Below, piece after piece: positions 8,724 to 18,722 of a DNA stretch of 28,041 nucleotides. Below the pieces are notes generated by a model. It worked only from the letters and a program-made list of their open reading frames with translations. It was not told the DNA's origin and did no database searches. Origin of the DNA: Bdellovibrionota bacterium FG-2 (GTDB lineage: Bacteria > Bdellovibrionota > UBA1018); the NCBI GenBank assembly GCA_051382305.1, contig JBBCAV010000019.1:1-28041 (forward strand), given 5' to 3'. Both the position numbers and the translations under genes were made by a program. The first letter of the stretch is position 1. The number at the start of each line of letters is the position of its first letter.

Positions 8724-9454
8724 GATTCCCCTCTTGTGTTTTTGGTCCTCAAATACCGCGAAAATTCCGCCAAACCCTCATGCGAACCAATTTCGTAAAA
8801 ACGTTCAGTCACTTCAAATCCACAAAGCTCACCCGAGACGCTGAGCTGGTAGAAAAGATCTGCAAGATCACTTTTTGCCCCGGGTACAAGCGGCGCCATT
8901 CCTGAGGCAATTGTATCACGCGCAAAAACACTCAGGCCATAGTCAATATGTGACATTTCATCAGCCCGGGTCCTTCGCTTCTTGTCGTAAAGTTCAAGTT
9001 TCCCCTCACGAAAAACCACGTTGCTCGTATCCCACTGCCCTTGATTCTGAAAAACCGTCATAAGTGCCCGAGCCCGAGACTTCAAGAAACACTCCCAAAC
9101 CGCCCCAAAATCAACCGGCAAATATGAGTCCCCATAAAGCACGAAAAAGCGCTCCTGCAAAACTCCCTCATCAAAAGCCAAACGAAGAGCTCCGCCTGTG
9201 CCACGCAGGTTTTCACCTTCGTCCACAAAAACAATCTTAAGGCCACGAGGAGCATACCGATCTAAATGCTCCCTCAGCATTTCGCCCCGATAGCCGATTG
9301 AAAACACGACCTCGGTTATTCCTTGATCGACCAAATACTCCAATTGCCAATCCACAAAAGGCCGACCTTCAACTTCGATTAAGGCCTTAGGGATCGTTTC
9401 TGTCATCGGCCGCATTCGGGTCGCTAACCCACCCGCAAGCACAACGCACTGCAT
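8720..9454 (-). CDS. hddC: Sugar-1-phosphate nucleotidyltransferase, HddC/WcbM-like
   Basis: VVLAGGLATRM...PKAL, GTGGAL, YGDSY, FYEIGS; SD GAGAGG; 4-bp overlap with gmhB. Confidence 0.8.
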   Translation of the reverse strand: MQCVVLAGGLATRMRPMTETIPKALIEVEGRPFVDWQLEYLVDQGITEVVFSIGYRGEMLREHLDRYAPRGLKIVFVDEGENLRGTGGALRLAFDEGVLQERFFVLYGDSYLPVDFGAVWECFLKSRARALMTVFQNQGQWDTSNVVFREGKLELYDKKRRTRADEMSHIDYGLSVFARDTIASGMAPLVPGAKSDLADLFYQLSVSGELCGFEVTERFYEIGSHEGLAEFSRYLRTKNTRGES

Positions 9455-9478
9455 AGTGCCCTCTCTTTTCAGAAGTGT

Positions 9479-9507
9479 TTGAACCCAATCAAAAACTAAG
9501 ATAGCTT
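9479..9507 (+). promoter_or_regulatory. Possible sigma70-type promoter for the GT2-methyltransferase pair
   Basis: TTGAAC(9479-9484)-N17-TAGCTT(9502-9507) in the 62-bp divergent gap. Confidence 0.35.
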
Positions 9508-9516
9508 TCTAGCACA

Positions 9517-10725
9517 ATGATCGCAAATGATCCCGAAATACAACTGCTCTTGCCAGCTGATGACATTTTAAATCCGGAAATATCAATCGTCGTACCCGCA
9601 TTAAACGAGGAGCTCACTATTGCGGAATTTGTCGAATGGTGCAAACAAGGCATCGCAAGTGCAAATGTAAGGGGAGAAATCCTCATCGTCGACAGCTCCC
9701 AGGACAAAACAGCCAAAATTGCTCAAGCTCACGGAGCTCGGGTTTTGAAAACACCAAGGAGAGGTCTCGGGCGCGCCTACATTGATGCAATGCCGTTCGT
9801 TCGTGGCAAAGCCATTGTCATGGGAGATTGCGATTGCACCTATGATTTTCGAGAACTAAAGCCGTTTGTTGCGCGTTTTCGTGAGGGCTACGAATTTGTC
9901 ATGGGTTCCCGCTTCAAAGGATTTATTGAACCTGGCGCCATGCCTCCCCTGCATCGCTATCTTGGAACCCCCGTGACAACCTGGATTCTAAACCTAATCT
10001 ATTCGAGTCATTTTTCAGATATCCATTGTGGAATGCGCGGAATTTCTACGGATGCCTTTCTAAAAATGCATCTCCGCTCCCAATCTTGGGAATATGCTTC
10101 TGAAATGGTTCTAAAATCCGTTCACATGGAACTCAAAACGGCCGAGGTTCCCATTCGTTTTCTAAAGGATAAAGAAGGAAGACTCAGCCACCACAAACGT
10201 TCAGGCTGGCTCTCCCCTTGGCAGGCTGCCTGGATCAACCTACAATCGATGTTCATCTACGGCCCACATTTTTTTTTATTCAAGCCGGGCATCCTTCTGT
10301 CCGCTCTCGGCCTACTCATCACAATACCGATTTCCTTTGGGCCGATTACTCTCGGACCTATTACTTTTTCCCTCTATTGGATGCTCTTAGGGCTTTGCTT
10401 CTCAATACTGGGTTTGCAGTCAATCTGCATGGGCATACTCGCCCAAGTCACTATGGACTTTACAGGCCATGCAACGAAAAAATGGCTTTCAATTTTTCCC
10501 TATAACCGATCGGTCGCAATCAGCTTTGTTATAGGATTACTGGGAGTTTTTTTCAGTTCTATGCTGGTAAGGGATTATTTATCAAACGGATTTAGACTTC
10601 AGGCTTTGACCCCGTCCAACTATCTTGCAGTCATAGGCCTCTTGCTCCTGATGAGTTCCTTCATTCTCTTCACATTTACGCTTTTGTTACACGCAACGAC
10701 TGAGCGCCGCAAAGGTGGAACATGA
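9517..10725 (+). CDS. GT2 DPM1-like polyprenol-phosphate glycosyltransferase with four C-terminal TM helices
   Basis: ISIVVPALNEE, GLGRAY, DCDCTYD (DxD), VMGSRF, SDIHCGMR; hydrophobic C-terminus. Confidence 0.85.
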   Translation: MIANDPEIQLLLPADDILNPEISIVVPALNEELTIAEFVEWCKQGIASANVRGEILIVDSSQDKTAKIAQAHGARVLKTPRRGLGRAYIDAMPFVRGKAIVMGDCDCTYDFRELKPFVARFREGYEFVMGSRFKGFIEPGAMPPLHRYLGTPVTTWILNLIYSSHFSDIHCGMRGISTDAFLKMHLRSQSWEYASEMVLKSVHMELKTAEVPIRFLKDKEGRLSHHKRSGWLSPWQAAWINLQSMFIYGPHFFLFKPGILLSALGLLITIPISFGPITLGPITFSLYWMLLGLCFSILGLQSICMGILAQVTMDFTGHATKKWLSIFPYNRSVAISFVIGLLGVFFSSMLVRDYLSNGFRLQALTPSNYLAVIGLLLLMSSFILFTFTLLLHATTERRKGGT

Positions 10726-11336
10726 ACGACTCCGTTCGCAGCCAGTCTTTTGGACAAAACTATAACCCGAGTTTGATCGATAAGTTTGGAGTTTGGCTCT
10801 CAAGCCGACAAATCCGGCGCCGAGTCCCAGATTTTTCAGGACTACGCATTGGAGACTTTGGGTGTGGCTTTCATGCTTCGTTTAGCCGGACAATTCTCAA
10901 CCAAATTTCCAATGCAACCCTAATTGACGTGGCCATTTCGGACGAGTTGCGACGTTCCCCGAAAGTCAAGGCTTTTCAGGGCGACCTTCTTCAATCACTT
11001 GCGCAGCTTGATTCAAAAAGTCTCGATGTCATCCTGTGCGTTTCCGTTTTGGAGCATATCTGGGATCCTGTACCTGTGCTTCAAGAATTTCACCGAGTTC
11101 TCGCGCCCAACGGAATTTGTCTTCTCAACGTGCCCACATGGAGAGGTAAGTGGTTTCTGGAGTTTTCTGCTTTTCGATTAAAATTAAGCCCAAGTTTCGA
11201 GATGGATGACCATAAAAACTATTATGATCTTAAGGACTTTTGGCCTTTGCTGATTCGCGCTGGATTCAAGCCAAGCAAAACCGCGTGTTTTCCTCACAAG
11301 TTTGGCTTAAATCTCTTTTCAATCTGCAGAAACTAG
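10722..11336 (+). CDS. Class I SAM-dependent methyltransferase
   Basis: DFGCG motif I; SVLEHI...RVLAPNG; ATGA overlap with the GT2 gene. Confidence 0.85.
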   Translation: MNDSVRSQSFGQNYNPSLIDKFGVWLSSRQIRRRVPDFSGLRIGDFGCGFHASFSRTILNQISNATLIDVAISDELRRSPKVKAFQGDLLQSLAQLDSKSLDVILCVSVLEHIWDPVPVLQEFHRVLAPNGICLLNVPTWRGKWFLEFSAFRLKLSPSFEMDDHKNYYDLKDFWPLLIRAGFKPSKTACFPHKFGLNLFSICRN

Positions 11337-11345
11337 GTGATAGGA

Positions 11346-12320
11346 CTATCTGACTGCGGATTTTATCCTTAAGATTCTCGGGTCTTTTAACAAGGATTTA
11401 ATCGTTGCCTCAACTGTTTCTGCCGAACTGAATTTCGCCCGCCAGCCGATCTTAGTAATTCGCCTATTGTGTAAGCGGACAATGGCGACATCGCCCTTCC
11501 AGCCGATCTTGCCACCCGTTCGATTCAGCTTGACCCCTTTAAGACCCATCGTACGAACGACAAGCTCTGCAATGCGGTTCACCGTAATATAAGAATTTGA
11601 AGACAAGTTATAAAAATTCACCTTCTCTCGACCCTTTTGGGGCACGAGAATCAGCGCATCAATCACGTCATGAACATGCAAATAAGCTTTATTCTGCTTC
11701 CCATCACCCAAAATTCTGAGCGCCGTTGGGTCCGCCTTCAATCGTTTAACAAAATCAAAAACCACCCCATGAGTTGTTCGTGGACCTGTAATATTTGCAG
11801 GTCTTAGAATCCAGGCTTGCATCTCAAAAAGGTGCACAAAAGCGCTAATCAAGCCCTCAGCACCTAATTTTGAAGCCCCATACATTGAAACTGGCTCAAG
11901 CGGCCCAAAGTCCTCTCCCGATCGCTTTAATCCTCGGTCCCCATAAACGCCGCTTCCGGAGGTATAAACGAGTTTTCGAATCCCATGATGTCTCATCGCC
12001 TGCAGAAGCGAAAATGTTGCCACAATCGAATGCTCAAAATCCAAAGTCGGGTCATCCACACCGCGTGCAATATCAGCGTTCGCTGCGAGATGATAAATCA
12101 GATCAATTGAAGGATCCAATGCGGCCCGGAGCTTCTTCGTATCTCTGACGTCAAGTTTGACGAAACAAAACCGTTTTGAGGGGAGGTGATGAGAAATAAA
12201 CGCTTTTTGTCCCCCGCTGAGATTGTCAACGACCAGCACCGAATGGCCGAGCGCCATCAGCCGATCAACGAGGTTTGATCCGATAAATCCAGCCCCACCA
12301 GTTACCGCTATTTTTGCCAT
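11346..12320 (-). CDS. NAD-dependent nucleotide-sugar epimerase/dehydratase (extended SDR)
   Basis: TGGAGFIG, HLAA, YGASK, LGDGKQ, GWKGDV. Confidence 0.9.
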   Translation of the reverse strand: MAKIAVTGGAGFIGSNLVDRLMALGHSVLVVDNLSGGQKAFISHHLPSKRFCFVKLDVRDTKKLRAALDPSIDLIYHLAANADIARGVDDPTLDFEHSIVATFSLLQAMRHHGIRKLVYTSGSGVYGDRGLKRSGEDFGPLEPVSMYGASKLGAEGLISAFVHLFEMQAWILRPANITGPRTTHGVVFDFVKRLKADPTALRILGDGKQNKAYLHVHDVIDALILVPQKGREKVNFYNLSSNSYITVNRIAELVVRTMGLKGVKLNRTGGKIGWKGDVAIVRLHNRRITKIGWRAKFSSAETVEATIKSLLKDPRILRIKSAVR

Positions 12321-12426
12321 TGTTGAACTCTTAGCGTGGGATGGTTATAGGAGGCAATATCAAACTGATTTCTATGACTTGACTCCCGCCATAAAATCTG
12401 TGACTTGATACCTTAAGGACCCATTT

Positions 12427-13401
12427 ATGATCATAGCACGTAGCCCTTTGCGTATCTCCCTGGGGGGAGGCGGGACCGATCTCCCTTCGTATTATCGTGA
12501 ACACGGTGGTTTTCTAGTAGCTGCCGCTATTGATAAATACGTGTATGTAACTTTTCAGCGCACTTTTGCGCAAGAAATGCTTCTGCGCTATTCGCAGATT
12601 GAGCATGTCACCCAAACTTGCAAAATCAAGCACCCCATCATTCGCGAAGCACTGAAGCTGATGGAAATCGATCAACCCAATATTGAAATTACAAGCATGG
12701 CTGATATCCCAGCGGGAACGGGCCTAGGATCTTCGGGGAGCTTTGGAACAGCACTGCTCAAGGCCGTTCATAAGTTCAAGAATTCCCACATTACCCCCAA
12801 AGAACTGGCCGAAATGGCCTGCCATATTGAGATCGACGTCCTCAAAGAACCCGTCGGCAAGCAGGATCAATTTATTGCCGCTTTTGGCGGCTTAAGCGTT
12901 TTTGAGTTTCACAAAGATGACACTGTCCATGTCCGCCCGCTTCGGATCTCTGATGAGACACTGAGCCGACTGGAAGACAATCTTCTTTTGTTCTCAACCG
13001 GAATCATCCGCTCTGCTTCCGAGATTTTAAGCGACCAGCATCAAAAGAGTTTGAAAAAAAACGCCCAAATGATTGAGAATCTCCACTTCATCAAGGAACT
13101 GGGACTTCAAAGCTGTAAAGCCCTTGAAGACGGGCGGTTAGAAGACTTTGGTCGCATCATGAATGAACACTGGGAGCATAAGAAGCGAAGGTCCAGCTCG
13201 ATCTCCAACTCTGAGATCAACAACTGGTACGATTTGGGAATGTCGGGCGGAGCGTGCGGCGGCAAACTTATTGGCGCCGGCGGGGGCGGGTTCTTGATGT
13301 TTTATACGGAAGATCCCGCGCGCCTGAGAAAAACGATGAATCAAGCCGGCCTCATGGAGTTAAGATTTTCGTTAGATTTTGAAGGGACAAAACTTCTGTG
13401 A
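12427..13401 (+). CDS. hddA: GHMP-family sugar kinase, D-glycero-alpha-D-manno-heptose-7-phosphate kinase-like
   Basis: PLRISLGGGGTD, DIPAGTGLGSSG, GKQDQ, GGKLIGAGGGGF; SD AAGGA. Confidence 0.85.
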   Translation: MIIARSPLRISLGGGGTDLPSYYREHGGFLVAAAIDKYVYVTFQRTFAQEMLLRYSQIEHVTQTCKIKHPIIREALKLMEIDQPNIEITSMADIPAGTGLGSSGSFGTALLKAVHKFKNSHITPKELAEMACHIEIDVLKEPVGKQDQFIAAFGGLSVFEFHKDDTVHVRPLRISDETLSRLEDNLLLFSTGIIRSASEILSDQHQKSLKKNAQMIENLHFIKELGLQSCKALEDGRLEDFGRIMNEHWEHKKRRSSSISNSEINNWYDLGMSGGACGGKLIGAGGGGFLMFYTEDPARLRKTMNQAGLMELRFSLDFEGTKLL

Positions 13402-15059
13402 ACTCTCAAAAAAAGGACCTAGGGCAGGTACCAATCTATGTCTTCTTGTTACTCACCATTTTACGGTTTTATCTATTGCACGGTCAACCTATGCTTGTCG
13501 GAAATTCGCCGTATGATGACGCCGGATTTGTAAGGACAGCAAACTATCTGATCCATGGAGAATGGCTCGGACCTTATTCTGACATGACCTTGATCAAGGG
13601 AGCCTTTTATCCGATTTGGATTGCCCTTTGCCATTGGTTTCATATCTCACTGCACTTCTCTCAACAGTTCCTTCATATTGTCGCTTGTTTTACGGTTCTT
13701 GTCGCCTTTCGCCCCATCATGGGTCGAGGCAGAATTGCTCTTGCTCTGTTCACTGTCATGCTCTTCAGTCCCTATCTCTACAGCGAAACTCGCGTGTTCC
13801 GGGAAGGAATCTATGGCTCCCTCACCCTGCTGATACTTGCGATATCTATTGGGACTGCCTTTAGATTGCACGCATCCCTAAAATCCCTATTGCCATGGTT
13901 GCTGAGCCTGGGTTCGATTCTTGGTTTCTTCTGGCTGACGCGCGAAGAGGGCGTATGGATTCTTCCTTCATTAGCAATCCTATGTTTCGGTGCGATCATA
14001 AAGAGCCATCAAGAACACCTTCTCAAATGGCTGAAAATCGCTTGGACACTTGGGATCCCGATGTGCGTCTGTTGCTTTTGGATACTCTTGATCGCAGCGA
14101 TTAACTTAAAAGAATATGGCCTTTTCGAAACCGTTGAATTTAACGCCCCGGCTTTTCTAAATGCTTATGGCTCTCTTCAGCGATTGCGCGTCGCCCCCCC
14201 GAGACATCGGGTTCCTGTCACTCGCGAGATGATGAAGGTCGCTTATTCAGTGAGTCCAGCCTTTCTTGAGCTTAAGCCACTTTTAGATGGGGATATGGGA
14301 AGAAATGCGGCCTGCGAGCAATTTCCGGATTGTTCCGACATTGGAGGAGGCCAGTTCATGTGGACCTTCCGGCTAGCCACAGCGGAAACGGGTCACTACC
14401 GGTTTGGGGCCAAAGCCGCAATGGCGTATTATCAGAGCATTGCTGATCAAATCAATTCGGCTTGTAACACCGGCAAAATTCAATGCCTCGCTCAAACCTC
14501 TTCCATGTTTCCCACCGATCCTTGGTTCTTTTGGAATCCCATTCTATCTCAGATCGGACATGGATTATATGTTGTCTCTCACCACGGCCCGCTCAAACTC
14601 TCTTGGACCGAACAATCAGGACCGGATCACTATGTCAATACCCTTCGCGACGTCACGGGCTCTGTAATTGTCCAACCCGGATGGAAGGATCGTCACGAGC
14701 CTGAACCCATGAATGCCTTCGGACAAAAAACTGGCGCAATGATCCTAAATTTCATTAACGTGATTTATCACGGTGTTTTGCCATATCTTTTGTTTCTTTC
14801 CTTTCTCGCGGTCTTCTATCTTCTATCCCAAAAAACAACTCGACAGGTGAAGTGGACTACCGGCTTGGTGTTCGTCTCGCTTTGGACAGCCATAATGGTT
14901 CGAATCATCTTACTGTCGATCCTTGACGTGACCGCATTTTGGGGAATCAACTCCGTTTATCTTTCACCCCTATTTGACATCGTCCTCTTAAGCAGCCTTT
15001 TCCCCTTGGCTCTATTTGCTCAGACGCTTGTTCAAAAAAGGAAAGCCAAAACTCAATGA
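13398..15059 (+). CDS. Polytopic membrane protein, putative GT-C-fold glycosyltransferase
   Basis: 553 aa; PYDD after TM1, WLGPY...TLIKG, WLTREE; large Cys-containing extracytoplasmic loop; GTGA overlap with hddA. Confidence 0.65.
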   Translation: MNSQKKDLGQVPIYVFLLLTILRFYLLHGQPMLVGNSPYDDAGFVRTANYLIHGEWLGPYSDMTLIKGAFYPIWIALCHWFHISLHFSQQFLHIVACFTVLVAFRPIMGRGRIALALFTVMLFSPYLYSETRVFREGIYGSLTLLILAISIGTAFRLHASLKSLLPWLLSLGSILGFFWLTREEGVWILPSLAILCFGAIIKSHQEHLLKWLKIAWTLGIPMCVCCFWILLIAAINLKEYGLFETVEFNAPAFLNAYGSLQRLRVAPPRHRVPVTREMMKVAYSVSPAFLELKPLLDGDMGRNAACEQFPDCSDIGGGQFMWTFRLATAETGHYRFGAKAAMAYYQSIADQINSACNTGKIQCLAQTSSMFPTDPWFFWNPILSQIGHGLYVVSHHGPLKLSWTEQSGPDHYVNTLRDVTGSVIVQPGWKDRHEPEPMNAFGQKTGAMILNFINVIYHGVLPYLLFLSFLAVFYLLSQKTTRQVKWTTGLVFVSLWTAIMVRIILLSILDVTAFWGINSVYLSPLFDIVLLSSLFPLALFAQTLVQKRKAKTQ

Positions 15060-16876
15060 TTTGGCTGCAATTTCTCTGCGTGCTGCTGCTTCAAGCAGGA
15101 ATGACTCAAGTACTTGGAGGAGTAGTTTGCCACCTTACAATGAAGCGCGGCACAACTGCAGATGCCCCACTGTACTTTCTGGTGAGACATATTCTAGGCA
15201 CAGTGATTCTCGCGATCATTGGCATTCTTGTCTTTGGATTGAATATTCCAAATTCGGCTGCATTTGTATTTTTTTGGCCAATCTTCTTCGCCGCCTTGAT
15301 ACTATCAATATTCTTAAAAAGAAAGGAACTCCCGCCATGGGCCCCCATTAGAAGGTCTGGAACATGGTTTATTGAAAATCGCATCCTGTTTGCCCCTGTC
15401 CTTTTCGCGCTTTTTATTTCGGCTTTCTTTTTTTTCCCCTTTGGGCCCGAACTCCTCAAAACTGAAGTAAACTGGCATCACACCTCTTCACGACTCTACC
15501 CACTCAATGACAGCGCGCTTCAATTCTGGGTCTCGAACAACTTCTTTTTCAGAAGACCCATTGAAAACGGCTTTCATCTCAGCAACTGGGTATGGAGTGC
15601 AGGCGATCGGCCGATGCTTATGGCGCTGCTAGACGCCACCTCAAGCCTCCTTACGGGAGAAAAGGAACTCCACCTCAATCACTACTCCATCCGCATTTTT
15701 TATTCTGTTGCAGTGCTCATTGTCCCGTTCTTTGTCTTATTTGGCCGAATCCTCCGACAGCCCATCAAGACTGTTGCGCTCGTTTTTGCCGCAATGACTT
15801 TGCATCCCTTTTTTCTTACCAACTTTCAGTTTACCTGGCCAAAGGCCGCCGGGACGTCCTTTTTTTTGTGCGGCTTGGTCCTCGGATTAGAGGGATTGGA
15901 GGCCATTAGTCCTGCTCGTCGCAATCTCCACCCAAAGAGTTTTCTGAATCTTTTGTGGATCTCCAGCGGACTTGCTCTTGCTTTTTCACTGCTTTGTCAC
16001 GAAACACTCATTTTTGGAGTCGCAGCAGCGCTCACTTTTCTCACATGGAAAAGCCGCCCGTTGAGCCTAGGCCTTGCGAGAAATCTCAAAAAAGAAATCC
16101 TGATTGTTTGTTTTTCCTTTATCTTCCCTCTTTCCATTCACAGCATTTACGTGAAAACTCATACCACCGCCTTTGGTCTGCTAAAGATTGCCGCCTTTTG
16201 CCGAGAAGGGTCCTTCTCGTTCAAAAATGAGCCCACAACTTTGGTTGAGGCCTGTATCCGATACTATCATCGCGCAGGGCCAATAGGCATAGTCCGAGAC
16301 CACCTTTCAAGCCTCGGTAGTGCGTTTGTTTCTGGATGGAGCGACATTGCCATTGAAGCGCACCAGCTCCTATCAGGACAGTGGCAGGACCTCATAAACA
16401 GCTACTATTACAATGGACGGTACGTTCCGATTTTTGCCTACGGCTTCTGGAACCTCCCCCTGCTAGGCGTCGTTATCGCAACGATCATTTTTCGACGAAA
16501 AGCCGTTCCTCCCCATTTGAAGGATTTGATTGCCCTTTATTTTGTCGGATTTATTTTTCTTTTTCTCTTTGCGGCTAGCATGAGCGAATCTTCGGAAGTC
16601 ACAGCGATGCAAATACCGCTCACTCAACAAATTCTTGTTTTTTCTTGCGGGCTTTTCCTCTGGGCTCATAAATTCCGAAAAATCATTTCAGCCTTCATCG
16701 CCTTATATTCGACTTGTTGCATCGTAATGTACTATTATTGCGATTCTCAAATTCTCAAACTTAAAATTAACGGGTTTTTTTATTTTATGAGCTATTTTTT
16801 CCTCATCGCCTCCATTGCGCTGATGCTTCAAGCCCCTCTATTCCCATTCGAGAAATCAATTGCAAAAACGGAATAA
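15056..16876 (+). CDS. Polytopic membrane protein, putative GT-C-fold transferase
   Basis: 606 aa; LNDSALQ, WSAGDRP, FTWPK, LCH motifs; ATGA overlap with the upstream gene. Confidence 0.6.
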   Translation: MIWLQFLCVLLLQAGMTQVLGGVVCHLTMKRGTTADAPLYFLVRHILGTVILAIIGILVFGLNIPNSAAFVFFWPIFFAALILSIFLKRKELPPWAPIRRSGTWFIENRILFAPVLFALFISAFFFFPFGPELLKTEVNWHHTSSRLYPLNDSALQFWVSNNFFFRRPIENGFHLSNWVWSAGDRPMLMALLDATSSLLTGEKELHLNHYSIRIFYSVAVLIVPFFVLFGRILRQPIKTVALVFAAMTLHPFFLTNFQFTWPKAAGTSFFLCGLVLGLEGLEAISPARRNLHPKSFLNLLWISSGLALAFSLLCHETLIFGVAAALTFLTWKSRPLSLGLARNLKKEILIVCFSFIFPLSIHSIYVKTHTTAFGLLKIAAFCREGSFSFKNEPTTLVEACIRYYHRAGPIGIVRDHLSSLGSAFVSGWSDIAIEAHQLLSGQWQDLINSYYYNGRYVPIFAYGFWNLPLLGVVIATIIFRRKAVPPHLKDLIALYFVGFIFLFLFAASMSESSEVTAMQIPLTQQILVFSCGLFLWAHKFRKIISAFIALYSTCCIVMYYYCDSQILKLKINGFFYFMSYFFLIASIALMLQAPLFPFEKSIAKTE

Positions 16877-16908
16877 ATGACGCAAGAAACTAGAAGAGAA
16901 ATCAAATC

Positions 16909-18369
16909 ATGAAACCCCAAGCTAATCCTAAATCCGTTACCATCATTGGGGCTGGGCCAGCTGGCCTAGCAGCCGCCTATGAACTTTGCAAAGCGGGGCA
17001 TGTCGTCAGCGTTTTTGAGGCATCCCCTTACATTGGTGGGCTTTCCCGAAGCTTTGAGCTCTGGGGTCAAACCGTGGATATGGGACCTCATCGTTTCTTT
17101 AGCAGCGACAAGATTGTTAACGATCTTTGGCATGAGGTGATAGGTGCGGATTATAGCATGGTCAATCGACTGACCCGAATCTACTATCGCGACCGATTTT
17201 TTTATTACCCGCTTCAACCGATGAATGCTTTCTTTAACCTAGGACCGGTAAAAACTTTCCAATGCATTTTGAGTTACCTCATCACAAAAATAGGCCCCAG
17301 TGAGCCGGCAAAAACCTTTGAGGACTGGGTGGTCTCTCGTTTCGGCAGGCGTTTATTTGAGATTTTCTTCCAAACTTATACAGAAAAAGTTTGGGGAATT
17401 AGCTGCAAAGAAATCGATGCCGACTGGGCTGCGCAACGCATTAAGAAACTTTCTCTTTTTGAGGCAATCAAGGCTGCTTTTTTCAAAGATAAGAAGCAAA
17501 AGCATAAAACACTGGTTGAACAATTTGCTTACCCCAAGGGAGGGACGGGAACTTTCTATAAAAAGATGGCAGATCAAATCACTCGCCTTGGAGGTTCTGT
17601 TCATCTCGAAACGCCGGTAAAATCCGTATTGACCAAGAATACCCCAAGCGGCCAGCAAACCTGCGGGATTCAACTTGAGAACGGACAAGAGATCTTCTCG
17701 GACATTGTTGTTTCAACGATGCCGATTACCGTCATGGTACAGCACCTTCCTGGAGTCCCAAAGGCAGTTACTGCGGCCGCCGAAGAGCTCTATTATCGAA
17801 ATACTATTTTGGCATATATCGAAGTAAGCGGAGCACAGATCTTCCCGGACAATTGGATCTATGTCCATTCCCCTGAAGTTCGGCACGGGCGAATTACAAA
17901 TTTTCGCAATTGGTGTCCCTCTCTTTATGCAGAATCCCAATCCACGATTTTGTGTATGGAGTTTTGGTGCTTTGAAAATGATGCGATTTGGTCTGAAACA
18001 GCTGAGAACTTGGGGCAGCTGGCGATAAAAGAACTCAACCGAATTTCACTGATGCCTGAGGGGAGCAAAGCGCTAAGGACGCACATTTTGAAGGTTCCAA
18101 GAAGCTACCCAGTATACCAGACTGGATTTATGAAACCCCTGGAAACAATTCAAAACTACGTCGATTCAATTGAGGGCCTCTATGCCATTGGCCGAAACGG
18201 CGCTTTCAAATACAACAACCAAGATCATTCGATTCTCATGGGTTTGCTTGTTTCCAGGGAAATCATCACAGGGGATGTCCAAAACTTGTGGCACATCAAC
18301 ACTGACAGCGAGTATCAAGAACAGGCAACTACCGACGAGGCCGGCCTGAACCCACCTAGAGATGTTTAA
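16909..18369 (+). CDS. FAD-dependent oxidoreductase (HemY / UDP-galactopyranose-mutase-like superfamily)
   Basis: IIGAGPAGL..A, GGLSR, DMGPHRFFS, YTEKVWG, WAAQRI, YPKGG, GRNGAFKYNNQDHS. Confidence 0.85.
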   Translation: MKPQANPKSVTIIGAGPAGLAAAYELCKAGHVVSVFEASPYIGGLSRSFELWGQTVDMGPHRFFSSDKIVNDLWHEVIGADYSMVNRLTRIYYRDRFFYYPLQPMNAFFNLGPVKTFQCILSYLITKIGPSEPAKTFEDWVVSRFGRRLFEIFFQTYTEKVWGISCKEIDADWAAQRIKKLSLFEAIKAAFFKDKKQKHKTLVEQFAYPKGGTGTFYKKMADQITRLGGSVHLETPVKSVLTKNTPSGQQTCGIQLENGQEIFSDIVVSTMPITVMVQHLPGVPKAVTAAAEELYYRNTILAYIEVSGAQIFPDNWIYVHSPEVRHGRITNFRNWCPSLYAESQSTILCMEFWCFENDAIWSETAENLGQLAIKELNRISLMPEGSKALRTHILKVPRSYPVYQTGFMKPLETIQNYVDSIEGLYAIGRNGAFKYNNQDHSILMGLLVSREIITGDVQNLWHINTDSEYQEQATTDEAGLNPPRDV

Positions 18370-18450
18370 AAAAATCCATCTTGATAAAGGTCAATTTCAA
18401 AACTTCCAAGATACGCCGCTCTTTCATCACTTGCTCAGCTTGGGCCTCCA

Positions 18451-18621
18451 TTATTGAGGGATGAGCCCAGCTAAAATCAATAGGACCTTCACAAGTCTAT
18501 ATGGTTTCGCCCGCAAGAGGGCAATTGGGAAAACGAAAAAAGGCAAAATAGGCAGCCAGTATCTTTGTCCAATATCGGGGCCACTCTACCACCCCCACCA
18601 CTTTGAAATCAAAACAACGTA
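18451..18621 (-). pseudogene. Relic of a GT-C-like membrane protein gene (C-terminal portion)
   Basis: Minus-strand frame not in the ORF track: YVVLISKWWGW*SGPDIGQRYWLPILPFFVFPIALLRAKPYRLVKVLLILAGLIPQ*. In-frame TAG at 18588-18586 and TAA at 18453-18451. Confidence 0.6.
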
Positions 18622-18722
18622 CCTCAGCTCCAAAACCAAGGATTGTTCTTTTAAGTAAGAAGTAATAAAGTCGCGCGACATAGCCAAACGCATCAACATC
18701 GCCACGCCCCAGGTAAGTCCTT

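Noticed and set aside
18437-18472. Imperfect hairpin AGCTTGGGCCTC...GAGCCCAGCT as a terminator or ncRNA
   Set aside because: No U-tract follows on either strand, the stem is bulged, and it overlaps the pseudogene relic.
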